A stretch of 32,000 nucleotides of DNA, from assembly GCF_049243625.1 (NCBI RefSeq), contig NZ_CP046975.1. One strand, given 5' to 3'. This DNA is from Corynebacterium amycolatum. Its GTDB lineage: Bacteria; Actinomycetota; Actinomycetes; Mycobacteriales; Mycobacteriaceae. Under the pieces are notes generated by a model that saw nothing but the letters and a program-made list of their open reading frames with translations, did no database searches and had not been told where the DNA came from. Below, piece after piece: positions 9,575 to 17,801 of this stretch. The position numbers and the translations under genes were made by a program. Position 1 is the stretch's first letter. Every line of letters starts with the position of its first letter.

Positions 9575-10600
9575 ATGCTCATTTCCCAGCGCCCAACGCT
9601 GACTGAGGACTACATTGATTCCTCTCGCTCCCGGTTCGTTATCGAACCGCTGGAGCCGGGTTTCGGTTACACCCTCGGTAACTCTCTTCGTCGTACGTTG
9701 CTGTCGTCCATTCCGGGCGCTGCAGTCACCAGCATCCGCATCGACGGTGTGCTGCACGAGTTCACCACTATCCCGGGCGTGAAGGAAGATGTCTCCGACA
9801 TCATCCTGAACATCAAGGGTCTGGTGCTCTCGAGCGAGTTCGACGAGCCGGCTACCGTTTACCTGCGTCGCGAAGGTGCAGGCGCGGTGACCGCTGCAGA
9901 CATTGAGTGCCCAGCAGGTGTGGAGATTCATAACCCGGATCACCACATCGCTACTCTCAACGAATCCGGTCGCTTGGATATTGAGATGATCGTTGAACGT
10001 GGTCGTGGCTACGTGCCGGCGACCCCGAACTCCGGTGGCGAAATTGGCCGCATTCCGATGGACCAGATTTACTCGCCAGTTCTGAAGGTCAGCTACAAGG
10101 TGGAGGCTACTCGTGTTGAGCAGCGCACCGACTTTGACAAGCTGATCATCGATGTCGAGACCAAGAACTCGATCACCGCCCGCGACGCAATGGCGTCGGC
10201 AGGCAAGACTCTGGTTGAGCTGTTCGGTCTGGCACGCGAGCTGAACGAGGCTGCTGAGGGCATCGAGATTGGCCCGAGCCCGCGCGAGGCTGAGGATGTC
10301 GCTGCGTACCAGACTCCGATTGAGGATCTGGACTTCTCTATGCGCTCCTACAACTGCCTAAAGCGTGAGGAGATCCACACTGTCGGTGAGCTCGCTGCTC
10401 GTACCGAGTCGGATCTGCTGGATATCCGCAACTTCGGTGACAAGTCCATCAATGAGGTCAAGGAAAAGCTCGCTGAGCTTGGCCTGGCTCTGAAGGATTC
10501 CCCGAACAACTTCGACCCGGCTGCTGTCGCTGATTTGGACGCTGCCTCGGGCGATGACGCTGACTGGACTGATGGCGCAAGCGCTGGCTACGACGAGTAG
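9575..10600 (+). CDS. rpoA: DNA-directed RNA polymerase alpha subunit
   Basis: N-terminal domain [43 protein letters not shown] and C-terminal domain [37 protein letters not shown]. Confidence 0.97.
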   Translation: MLISQRPTLTEDYIDSSRSRFVIEPLEPGFGYTLGNSLRRTLLSSIPGAAVTSIRIDGVLHEFTTIPGVKEDVSDIILNIKGLVLSSEFDEPATVYLRREGAGAVTAADIECPAGVEIHNPDHHIATLNESGRLDIEMIVERGRGYVPATPNSGGEIGRIPMDQIYSPVLKVSYKVEATRVEQRTDFDKLIIDVETKNSITARDAMASAGKTLVELFGLARELNEAAEGIEIGPSPREAEDVAAYQTPIEDLDFSMRSYNCLKREEIHTVGELAARTESDLLDIRNFGDKSINEVKEKLAELGLALKDSPNNFDPAAVADLDAASGDDADWTDGASAGYDE

Positions 10601-10637
10601 TTCACCGACGCGACTTCATTAAAACGAGGAGATACCT

Positions 10638-11114
10638 ATGCCTACCCCTAAGCAGGGTTCCCGTCTCGGCGGCTCCGCTTCGCACCAGAAGAAGATTCTG
10701 GCCAATCTCGCGAAGCAGCTCATCGAGCACGGCAAGATTAAGACCACCGACACCAAGGCCAAGCTGCTGCGTCCGTACGTTGAGAAGCTGATTACCAAGG
10801 CAAAGCGCGGCACTCTCGCAGATCGCCGCAACGTTGCAAAGCTGCTCAACGACAACTACGCAGTTAAGAAGCTGTTCGACGAGATCGGTCCGCAGTTCGC
10901 TGATCGCGACGGCGGCTACACCCGCATCATTAAGCTGGGTAACCGCAAGGGCGACAACGCCCCGATTTCTCTGATCGCTCTGGTTGAGGAAGAGACCGCA
11001 ACTGCTGAGGCAACTCGCGCAACTCGCGCCGCTGCTTCCAAGCAGGCTGAAGAGGCAAAGGCCGAAGAGGCCGAGGCTGAGGCTGCTGAAGCTGAGGCTG
11101 CAGAGGAGGAGTAA
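10638..11114 (+). CDS. rplQ: 50S ribosomal protein L17 with an Ala/Glu-rich C-terminal tail
   Basis: [37 protein letters not shown]... is the L17 core. The last ~45 aa are low complexity ([22 protein letters not shown]). Confidence 0.96.
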   Translation: MPTPKQGSRLGGSASHQKKILANLAKQLIEHGKIKTTDTKAKLLRPYVEKLITKAKRGTLADRRNVAKLLNDNYAVKKLFDEIGPQFADRDGGYTRIIKLGNRKGDNAPISLIALVEEETATAEATRATRAAASKQAEEAKAEEAEAEAAEAEAAEEE

Positions 11115-11150
11115 ATCCCCTCGCCGACGGCTTTTGGCCGTCACAGCTTT

Positions 11151-11199
11151 GAACCCCCGTCGAGTAGTTCATATCTGAACTCTCTACCGGGGGTTCTTT
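11151..11199 (+). terminator. Compound stem-loop (terminator-like) after rplQ
   Basis: GAACCCCCG (11151..11159) pairs with CGGGGGTTC (11188..11196). The inner hairpin is AGTTCA-TATC-TGAACT (11166..11181). Only a short TTT tail follows, so termination efficiency is uncertain. Confidence 0.45.
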
Positions 11200-12297
11200 G
11201 TGCTTGACGACGGCGCACAGCGCCCGACCCCAGTTCTGTCTCCGGTTACACCGAAGATTACGTACCAACATTGGGAGCTGTACGGAGGCCCTTCGGTGGA
11301 AACTGGTGATTTTCTAATCCGGGGTCGCGGCTACAATCTGTTAACCGTGACATCACTTACGCCAACGACTCCGGATACCCCGTGCGATTCTCCCGATCGT
11401 GCCGCTACGGGGAGTACCGCCTCCGACCTGGTTCGGTTGCGTTTTGACATTGCCTATGATGGGACAGATTTCCACGGTTGGGCTGCTCAGCGCGATAAGC
11501 CTACGGGAGAACCGGTGCGGACTGTGCAGGCGACGTTGGAATCCACTCTGGAGAAGGTGTTGCGCACTCCAGTGCAACTGACTGTGGCCGGTCGTACAGA
11601 TGCCGGCGTTCATGCCTCCGGTCAGGTGGCTCACGCAGATGTTCCTGTCTTTTGTTTAGACACACGTTCTATCGCAGGGGACCCGGGTAATTTGGTTCGT
11701 CGTGTAGCGCGACTATTGCCCGCGGACGTGACGCTTCGGGGCGCCTCGTTTGCGCCCCCGGGTTTCGATGCCCGCTTTTCCGCGTTACGTCGGCATTATG
11801 TCTATCGTGTCACTAGTTGCGTCAGTGGCCCGCTTCCTACCCGTGCTCGCGATACGGCCCACTGGCGACGGTCAGTGGATATCGACCGTATGCAGGTGGC
11901 AGCTGATGCTCTACTGGGGCTCAATGACTTCGCCGCTTTTTGTCGACACAAGCCACATGCCACAACCACTAGAGATTTACAGCGGTTCCAGTGGTTCGAC
12001 GTATCTACGCGGGAAGAACCGGAGCTGTACGAGGCCCATGTGACTGCCGACGCGTTCTGCTGGTCTATGGTGCGCTCACTGGTAGGGGCCTGCCTTAGCG
12101 TCGGTGAAGGGCGGCGTGAGGTTGGATTCACTGAACAGTTGTTGAGCGAAGAGAAGCGTTCCCCGTTGGTCCCGGTGGCAGAGGCGCGTGGGCTCAGCCT
12201 GGTAGGTGTTGATTACCCCGCCGATGCTGATCTGGCGGCCAGGGCGGAGCAGACCCGTGAGCGTCGTGATGCCCGGACAGATGTGGACGAGGCTTAA
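11200..12297 (+). CDS. truA: tRNA pseudouridine(38-40) synthase TruA (start uncertain)
   Basis: The TruA core begins at [20 protein letters not shown], with the catalytic-Asp motif [17 protein letters not shown]. The first ~78 aa of the ORF-track model resemble no TruA I know and begin inside the rplQ stem-loop. In-frame GTG 11347, preceded by TACAAT at 11332..11337, is a plausible real start. Confidence 0.85.
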   Translation: MLDDGAQRPTPVLSPVTPKITYQHWELYGGPSVETGDFLIRGRGYNLLTVTSLTPTTPDTPCDSPDRAATGSTASDLVRLRFDIAYDGTDFHGWAAQRDKPTGEPVRTVQATLESTLEKVLRTPVQLTVAGRTDAGVHASGQVAHADVPVFCLDTRSIAGDPGNLVRRVARLLPADVTLRGASFAPPGFDARFSALRRHYVYRVTSCVSGPLPTRARDTAHWRRSVDIDRMQVAADALLGLNDFAAFCRHKPHATTTRDLQRFQWFDVSTREEPELYEAHVTADAFCWSMVRSLVGACLSVGEGRREVGFTEQLLSEEKRSPLVPVAEARGLSLVGVDYPADADLAARAEQTRERRDARTDVDEA

Positions 12298-12356
12298 ATG
12301 TACAAGCTCTCGGTAAAATTCCCTGAAGAAAGTGACCGTAGGAGGAGTGTTCGGTA

Positions 12357-14498
12357 GTGGTGTGGGCAATTGTTAGCTTGGTTGCGCTGCTCGTAATCCC
12401 CGGCGCTGTTGTAGTGCGAGCCAGCGGCGTTCGTACACCGTGGGCGCTGGCCCTCGGTCCTGCGGTGACGTTTGGTATCGCAGGCACCGCAGGGTGGGTG
12501 CTCGGCGCTATCGATGTGCGCTTCACCTTGGTCAGTGCGTCTATCTGCTGCGCCGTGACATTACTTCTCGCGCTGTGCTGGCGTGGCGGCAGCGCTTTGA
12601 TTCGGCGACGGCGCGGTAGTGTCGATCGCTCGGTGTCGGCCGAGGCGCAGCCGCTCGCCGCAAGTCGATGGCGCGAGTTGGGCTATGGGCTAATCGCAAG
12701 TATCGGGGTCATCATCGCAGCGGCGGTTCTCACGTGGACCGCTATCGGCCGCATCGCTTCAATGTCCGAGGGGATGGCGACCATCCAGCAAGGCTGGGAT
12801 ACACTCTGGCATGCAAGTGTGCTCCGTTCGATTACGGAAGATGGCATGGCCTCGGCCACTAGGATGGGCGAGATCCAGAATGTGGAAACTCAGGCGGTGT
12901 CCTACTATCCCGCCGCATGGCATGCGTTCGGTGCGCTTTGGGTACTGATTGTCCGTCTACCAATCACCGAGGCGGTCAATTACCTCGGCATTATCATTCC
13001 GGCCGTGACCATACCCACGGCTGCTGCGGCGCTGACCTGGCGAATTATTGATCGCCAAAAGCTGTCCACCGCCGTTGCCGCGGGGGTTGCGGCGCTTGTT
13101 TCCGCCGCGCTTCCGGTATTGATGCCCGTCGGGGTCTTCGTGGGGGCTTGGCCGTACCAGGTCTCGATTGCGCTAGCGATTACCGTTTTTGCCTTTGCTA
13201 CGTCGCTCCCACACGCACCTCAGCGCAACTTGAGCGCCGCTCTTGCAATAATCGGTATCGGAGAGCTCCATCCGGCATCGGTGCCTACAGTTGTTATGCT
13301 CGGTGCAATCTGGTGGTTGTGCTACCGCCTGCCGCGTCCCGCGCATCCTGAACTGGGTGCGGTTCGCGCCAAGCTTTACGACGTCGCGGTGATTGCAGCC
13401 GCCTTTGTGCCAGCAGTGGCAGTTCTACTGCCGCAGTGGCTTACGGGAACTTCTCAGACCGAGGATGTGCGCGCGGTTAGCGCTGAAGTAGACGACCTCG
13501 ATCGTTTCGATGCGTGGTATCGAGGCGCCACAATGCTGACTCGCCACACTGAGGAATTCCGGCCGTTCTGGCCAATTATTATCCTCGGTTTCATCGGGAT
13601 GGCGGTTTTGGTTTTCGCAGGTACTTCGCGCCGACGGGTGTGGGTAGTACCGGCCTGGTTTGTTTCGGTGTTGATGACGACCCACGCGCTCAATCATTTT
13701 GGTGGTGTGCCGGGCGATATTCTCGCGCTGTACACGGAGCTTCACTATTCCACGCCTCACCGGTTGGTGATGGTCACCGCGTATCTGTATTCCGCGTTTG
13801 CGGGTATCGCCGTGGCGTGGGGCTGCGCGTGGGCGGCTCGAATTAGTGAGTCAAAGGTGCCATCGACGGGGTGGGTTCTGGGGTTGAGCTTAGCGACGGT
13901 GAGCTCTGCTGTACTCGTCGTCTATGGAGTGGCGTCTAATGCTAGCGCTGCAGATTTCGCCTACAAGAGCCCTCGAGAATGGCAAATCATTTCCAATGCT
14001 GACCTGAAGGCATTTGATTGGTTGGCCGAGCAGCCGGAGGCACATAAGTACCGCACGTTTACGAATCCGCCGGAGGGGTCCAGCTGGATGTACGCTCGCA
14101 ATGATCTGCCGGTAGTGTTCCCGCACTATGACTGGCCAGTTGCGAATAAGTGGACTGCCACCTCAATGCTGTATTGGCACGCTGATTACCTCGGTTTTCC
14201 AGACCCCGATCGGCCGGATGGGGTGAACGATGTCGACCGCTCAGCCCGAAAGCTGAACGTGGGATTCATCTATTTGTCACCCCCGGGTATTTGGGATTCC
14301 AAGGAGGATTTAGAGTTTCCTGGTGAAGGGCTCTGGGTAGCTCCAGGGGTAACCCCTGTTTATCGAGATAGGGAAGTAACCATCTTCGCTTTCAATGATG
14401 TGATCACGCCAGAACGCATCGACGAGATGCGAGCTAGTTCTCCGGAAGTAATTCCTCCCTCGGCTACTAGGGGATGGAGCGATGGTCGGGTAGGTTAG
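12357..14498 (+). CDS. Polytopic membrane protein, GT-C-like glycosyltransferase candidate (positional equivalent of C. glutamicum RptA/NCgl0543)
   Basis: 713 aa with more than 10 hydrophobic segments and a ~190-aa C-terminal soluble domain. An acidic loop motif RSITED (12825..12842) resembles the RXXDE motif reported for RptA. It sits directly after truA, as I recall for NCgl0543. RBS GGAGGAG lies 9 nt upstream of GTG 12357. Function rests on synteny and architecture only. Confidence 0.55.
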   Translation: MVWAIVSLVALLVIPGAVVVRASGVRTPWALALGPAVTFGIAGTAGWVLGAIDVRFTLVSASICCAVTLLLALCWRGGSALIRRRRGSVDRSVSAEAQPLAASRWRELGYGLIASIGVIIAAAVLTWTAIGRIASMSEGMATIQQGWDTLWHASVLRSITEDGMASATRMGEIQNVETQAVSYYPAAWHAFGALWVLIVRLPITEAVNYLGIIIPAVTIPTAAAALTWRIIDRQKLSTAVAAGVAALVSAALPVLMPVGVFVGAWPYQVSIALAITVFAFATSLPHAPQRNLSAALAIIGIGELHPASVPTVVMLGAIWWLCYRLPRPAHPELGAVRAKLYDVAVIAAAFVPAVAVLLPQWLTGTSQTEDVRAVSAEVDDLDRFDAWYRGATMLTRHTEEFRPFWPIIILGFIGMAVLVFAGTSRRRVWVVPAWFVSVLMTTHALNHFGGVPGDILALYTELHYSTPHRLVMVTAYLYSAFAGIAVAWGCAWAARISESKVPSTGWVLGLSLATVSSAVLVVYGVASNASAADFAYKSPREWQIISNADLKAFDWLAEQPEAHKYRTFTNPPEGSSWMYARNDLPVVFPHYDWPVANKWTATSMLYWHADYLGFPDPDRPDGVNDVDRSARKLNVGFIYLSPPGIWDSKEDLEFPGEGLWVAPGVTPVYRDREVTIFAFNDVITPERIDEMRASSPEVIPPSATRGWSDGRVG

Positions 14499-14504
14499 GA
14501 CACC

Positions 14505-15260
14505 ATGCGGATGAATAAATTTATGGCAACGATCGCAGCCGGTGTGATGATGACTTTCGCGCTGGCCGGATGTGGAGACGACGAGCCGGCTAAGCCGGAA
14601 GTCTCGAATCGCTCCGTCAGTTCTTCCGCAAAGACTAAATCCTCGACTCCGCCGAAACCGACTGAGGAGTCGACGAAATCGACAGAATCAGAGACGCCGA
14701 CGGAGACTCCTGCAATCACCCAGGTCAATGATGCGGATTACACTCCGGCGGACGGCCCAAATACTCGGCTCTTTCAGTTGGAGGATGGCACGACACGTTG
14801 TTTCCTCAACGATTTGAGCGGTGACGCCTACTTGGCCTGTCAGGTGAATCTTGCCAATCCTCCGATGGTCGATGACGGCACGGGGAACGAGGTTCCCGCC
14901 AATGCTGTGTCCTGGAATCCGGGAGGAGTTACTTACGAGGTCCTTACTTTCCCGCCGGCGGGTGAGATGAAGACGCTGCCAGCGAATTCTCAGTTGAGCG
15001 CATTCGGATACAGCTGCGCGGCCTATGGCCCGTCGACTCTGGAGTGCTCGGGACCAGCGGGCGCTGCCACTATCGACAATGGCAATGTCACCGGTGCACA
15101 GATGCCGAAGGAGGATGTGCCTCCTGCAGCAGGCGGTCAGCCGGGTGGCCAAGAAAATGGTGCTCCGAATGACCCAGCGCAGCAGGGTGAGCCTGACGGC
15201 TCCCCGGCGCCGGGCGGTCTGCCAGATTTGGGCGCGTTGATTCCGGGACTGAACCGCTAG
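14505..15260 (+). CDS. Secreted lipoprotein with a four-Cys globular domain and a Pro/Gly-rich tail
   Basis: MRMNKFMATIAAGVMMTFALAGC gives a signal peptide with lipobox LAGC. A Ser/Thr/Pro/Glu linker follows, then a domain with 4 Cys (RCFLND...LACQ, YSCAAYGPSTLECSG). I recognised no family. Confidence 0.75.
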   Translation: MRMNKFMATIAAGVMMTFALAGCGDDEPAKPEVSNRSVSSSAKTKSSTPPKPTEESTKSTESETPTETPAITQVNDADYTPADGPNTRLFQLEDGTTRCFLNDLSGDAYLACQVNLANPPMVDDGTGNEVPANAVSWNPGGVTYEVLTFPPAGEMKTLPANSQLSAFGYSCAAYGPSTLECSGPAGAATIDNGNVTGAQMPKEDVPPAAGGQPGGQENGAPNDPAQQGEPDGSPAPGGLPDLGALIPGLNR

Positions 15261-16242
15261 TTGCCCGCATAGCCAGTGGCTGCAGTTCATCGGTAGTGCG
15301 GGAGGTAGATAGCGTCCAGGTGAATTCGCCCATCACCAGTCGAGGGCATGAAGCTGGCATTTCCGATGCTGCTGCCGTGGGCGAACCTGCACGACTGACC
15401 TCGATGATTCTCGCGATTCCCGTACGCAGGTCGGGCTCATACTCTTCGACGACAACCACATCGACGGTGTCGTCTCCAGCTCGCGCGAGAAGTACTGCGC
15501 CCAGATCAAGAGCCACAGTAAAGAAATGTGGACGGGACGTGCGAATTCCTACTCGATAGCCGAGCGAGAGCATTCCGATGAGCAACTCACAAATGTCCTG
15601 ATTTCCGCAGTCGACCTCCAATCGGGGAAGGTTCGCGGGACACATTGTGATGGTTTGTCCACTGCTCCCGACCCCTATGACCTGCGCTGGACCATTAGTG
15701 ATAGCGACGTCACGTTGTCGGCTTAACCACAGGTGCGGTTTGCGCCCCAACGCCGCCACATGATGAGAGCGTCCAGTGCGGCGCAGCTGTACTACCTCCG
15801 CAGAGCTCTCAGTCAGAGCACACTCCTGTGCCGTTAATCGCCGTGCGCGAATGCCAAGGGTCCCCAGCCTGTGGATGAGGAAGCGTAGGGCTTTGTCAGT
15901 GGAGGCTTCCACCGGAAGAGTTGCCACCAGATGTGTCCAGGGCTCAGGGGTTGTGCCGGAGCGTTCGGCCGCTCGGAAGTAGCGGTGCGCATGCTCTCCG
16001 CGGATTTCCGGCGCAATGTGATAAAAACACAGCGCATCCAGGGTCACTGGGCTGTCGTCGGCAAGCGAGACGATATCCGCAGCGCTTAGCTGGCTACGCA
16101 GACCTGGTGTGAGACGTAGTCCGATGAACTGTCCTGGTTCGGTGCGTCGCAGCCGGTCGCGAAGGCTGCGTCCGCGCACAGGGACATGCGCGCCTGCAGT
16201 GATGATTATTGCTGTAATGAGCAGCCACAATGACAATGGCAT
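15088..16242 (-). CDS. Membrane-anchored protein, candidate EccE-like T7SS component
   Basis: From ATG 16242: MPLSLWLLITAIIITAGAHV (one TM), then RGRSLRDRLRR and a ~350-aa soluble region. The segment WTHLVATLPVEASTDKALRFLIHRLGTLGIRARRLTAQEC resembles the conserved EccE stretch as I remember it. It is divergent from and adjacent to eccB, where eccE4 sits in M. abscessus-type ESX-4 loci. The last ~57 codons overlap the convergent lipoprotein gene. Confidence 0.4.
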   Translation of the reverse strand: MPLSLWLLITAIIITAGAHVPVRGRSLRDRLRRTEPGQFIGLRLTPGLRSQLSAADIVSLADDSPVTLDALCFYHIAPEIRGEHAHRYFRAAERSGTTPEPWTHLVATLPVEASTDKALRFLIHRLGTLGIRARRLTAQECALTESSAEVVQLRRTGRSHHVAALGRKPHLWLSRQRDVAITNGPAQVIGVGSSGQTITMCPANLPRLEVDCGNQDICELLIGMLSLGYRVGIRTSRPHFFTVALDLGAVLLARAGDDTVDVVVVEEYEPDLRTGIARIIEVSRAGSPTAAASEMPASCPRLVMGEFTWTLSTSRTTDELQPLAMRATSGSVPESTRPNLADRPAPGSRQAHPAALGHSEHHFLGHPADRLLQEAHPPSASVHR

Positions 16243-16250
16243 GTGAAAAT

Positions 16251-16258
16251 CCCCCCCC
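16251..16258 (-). repeat. G8 homopolymer (C8 on the plus strand) in the initiation region of the EccE-like gene
   Basis: The minus strand reads TTGGGGGGGGATTTTCACATG. The run lies 8 nt upstream of ATG 16242, or inside the codons if GTG 16272 is used. It also sits in the 116-bp divergent region shared with eccB. Confidence 0.9.
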
Positions 16259-16358
16259 AATATGTTCCCCACTAAAATTCCCCTGGTCGCACAGTAGCGC
16301 GGCCTGGCTTACTCTGCAGGGTAGAGATTATTTGGGGGAATAGTTTTGGGGGAAACTC

Positions 16359-17801
16359 ATGCCACGTACACCGACCACGCCTAGCCAGGTCAGCGGTCAT
16401 CGATTCTTGATTCGTCGGATTGAGCATGCGCTTGTGCGTGCGGATTCGCGAATGCTGCACGACCCTCTGCGCACGCGAACCCGAGCACTGTTTATCGGCT
16501 GTGCGCTGGTGGTTTTACTGGCCGCCGGTACTGCGGTGCTGTCGTTGGTGCGACCGCAGGGCGGTTCTAGCTCCAATGAGCAGCTGATTGTCGTGTCAGG
16601 GTCGGAGGGCCTACATGTACGTGTCAATGGTCGATTGCATCCAGTCGCGAATCTCGCATCGGCGCGGTTAATTTTGGGCAATCCTGCTGAGCCGAAACGG
16701 GTGCGCAGTAGCGAGTTGGACAAAGAGGACATCAGTTTTGCTGTCGGGATTGAGGGCGCACCAGCAGTTCCGGCCACGCCGGCAGGCTCTGGGGCCTCGG
16801 GAGCTGCCAAGACGGGCAGCGTAGGTGCGCCGGAGCTGGCACTGTCTTTATGCGAGCGGACGGTGCAAGACCTCGGGCAACCGTGGATTGTTGCAGAGTC
16901 ACTTGCGCGTCTTGAGGAAGTACGTGGGGAACCGCAGCAGCTTACCCGGACCCACTCGGACAGTGCCGTTGTTGCCGATGGCCAAAACCACTGGCTGATT
17001 ACGCAGGGCTACCGCTCACGGTTGGATGTCAACCACCCGGAGCACGCCGCTGTTTCTCGAGCGCTGGGTTTGGAGCGCGCCGCAGTCCGGCCTGTTAGCC
17101 CTGCGTTGCTCAGAGCGATTCCGGAGGTTCCGATTCTGGCCGCGCCAGCAATTCCAAACCGCGGCGCACCCACACACTTCGCCGCCCCATTCGACACAGT
17201 CGGCAATGTGGTCGAGGTCGGGCAGCGGCGCGTTATCGTGCTTGACGACGGTGCCGCGATTCTCTCCCCGGTGCTAGGAGAGCTATTAGCTGCACATAGC
17301 CCAGTTCTGCAGGCCAGTGAAGGGCAGCTGGCGGCAGTACCCGTTGCGAATGCACCAGCAGTCCCGGGACTACCTGAAAAGCCGTTGACGTTTGCCGATG
17401 CTGATGGCTGGTTGTGTGCCGGCCGGATAGCAGGACGGCTGCAAGCTCTCGTGCAGTGGTCGCAGCATGCTCCGGAGGGGCGGCACGTGGATTACCCGCA
17501 TGCTGACGGGGCGGGTGTGGCCGTCGACGGTTTCGTGGATGGCCGCAGTCGTGAGCGCAGCTCGATCGCAGTAAGCGTAAATGGGGCTGTACACGTCATT
17601 TCGCCAGAGGGAATGCGCTTTGCTGTGCACGATCGCACGACGTTGGCTGCTCTCGGGTTTAATGCATCATCCAACGCCGACAGCGGTGGTACGCGGCCAG
17701 TGGACTGGGAAGTTCTGGCCGCGTTGCGTGGAGGCCCTGAGCTGAGTAAGCAGGCGGCGCTAGGGCCGCTGTCCGGGACGCGAGAGCAGCCAGGCACCTA
17801 G
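16359..17801 (+). CDS. eccB: Type VII secretion system protein EccB
   Basis: The hallmark N-terminus TTPSQVSGHRFLIRRIEHALVRADSRMLHDPLR is followed by a single TM (ALFIGCALVVLLAAGTAVLSLV) and a large exported domain. Confidence 0.93.
   Translation: MPRTPTTPSQVSGHRFLIRRIEHALVRADSRMLHDPLRTRTRALFIGCALVVLLAAGTAVLSLVRPQGGSSSNEQLIVVSGSEGLHVRVNGRLHPVANLASARLILGNPAEPKRVRSSELDKEDISFAVGIEGAPAVPATPAGSGASGAAKTGSVGAPELALSLCERTVQDLGQPWIVAESLARLEEVRGEPQQLTRTHSDSAVVADGQNHWLITQGYRSRLDVNHPEHAAVSRALGLERAAVRPVSPALLRAIPEVPILAAPAIPNRGAPTHFAAPFDTVGNVVEVGQRRVIVLDDGAAILSPVLGELLAAHSPVLQASEGQLAAVPVANAPAVPGLPEKPLTFADADGWLCAGRIAGRLQALVQWSQHAPEGRHVDYPHADGAGVAVDGFVDGRSRERSSIAVSVNGAVHVISPEGMRFAVHDRTTLAALGFNASSNADSGGTRPVDWEVLAALRGGPELSKQAALGPLSGTREQPGT

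Noticed and set aside
11166-11181. Palindrome AGTTCA-TATC-TGAACT after rplQ considered as a second BioQ-type operator
   Set aside because: The half-sites are in the opposite arrangement (GTTCA-N4-TGAAC rather than TGAAC-N3-GTTCA). The sequence forms the inner hairpin of the rplQ terminator-like structure, and no biotin gene is adjacent.
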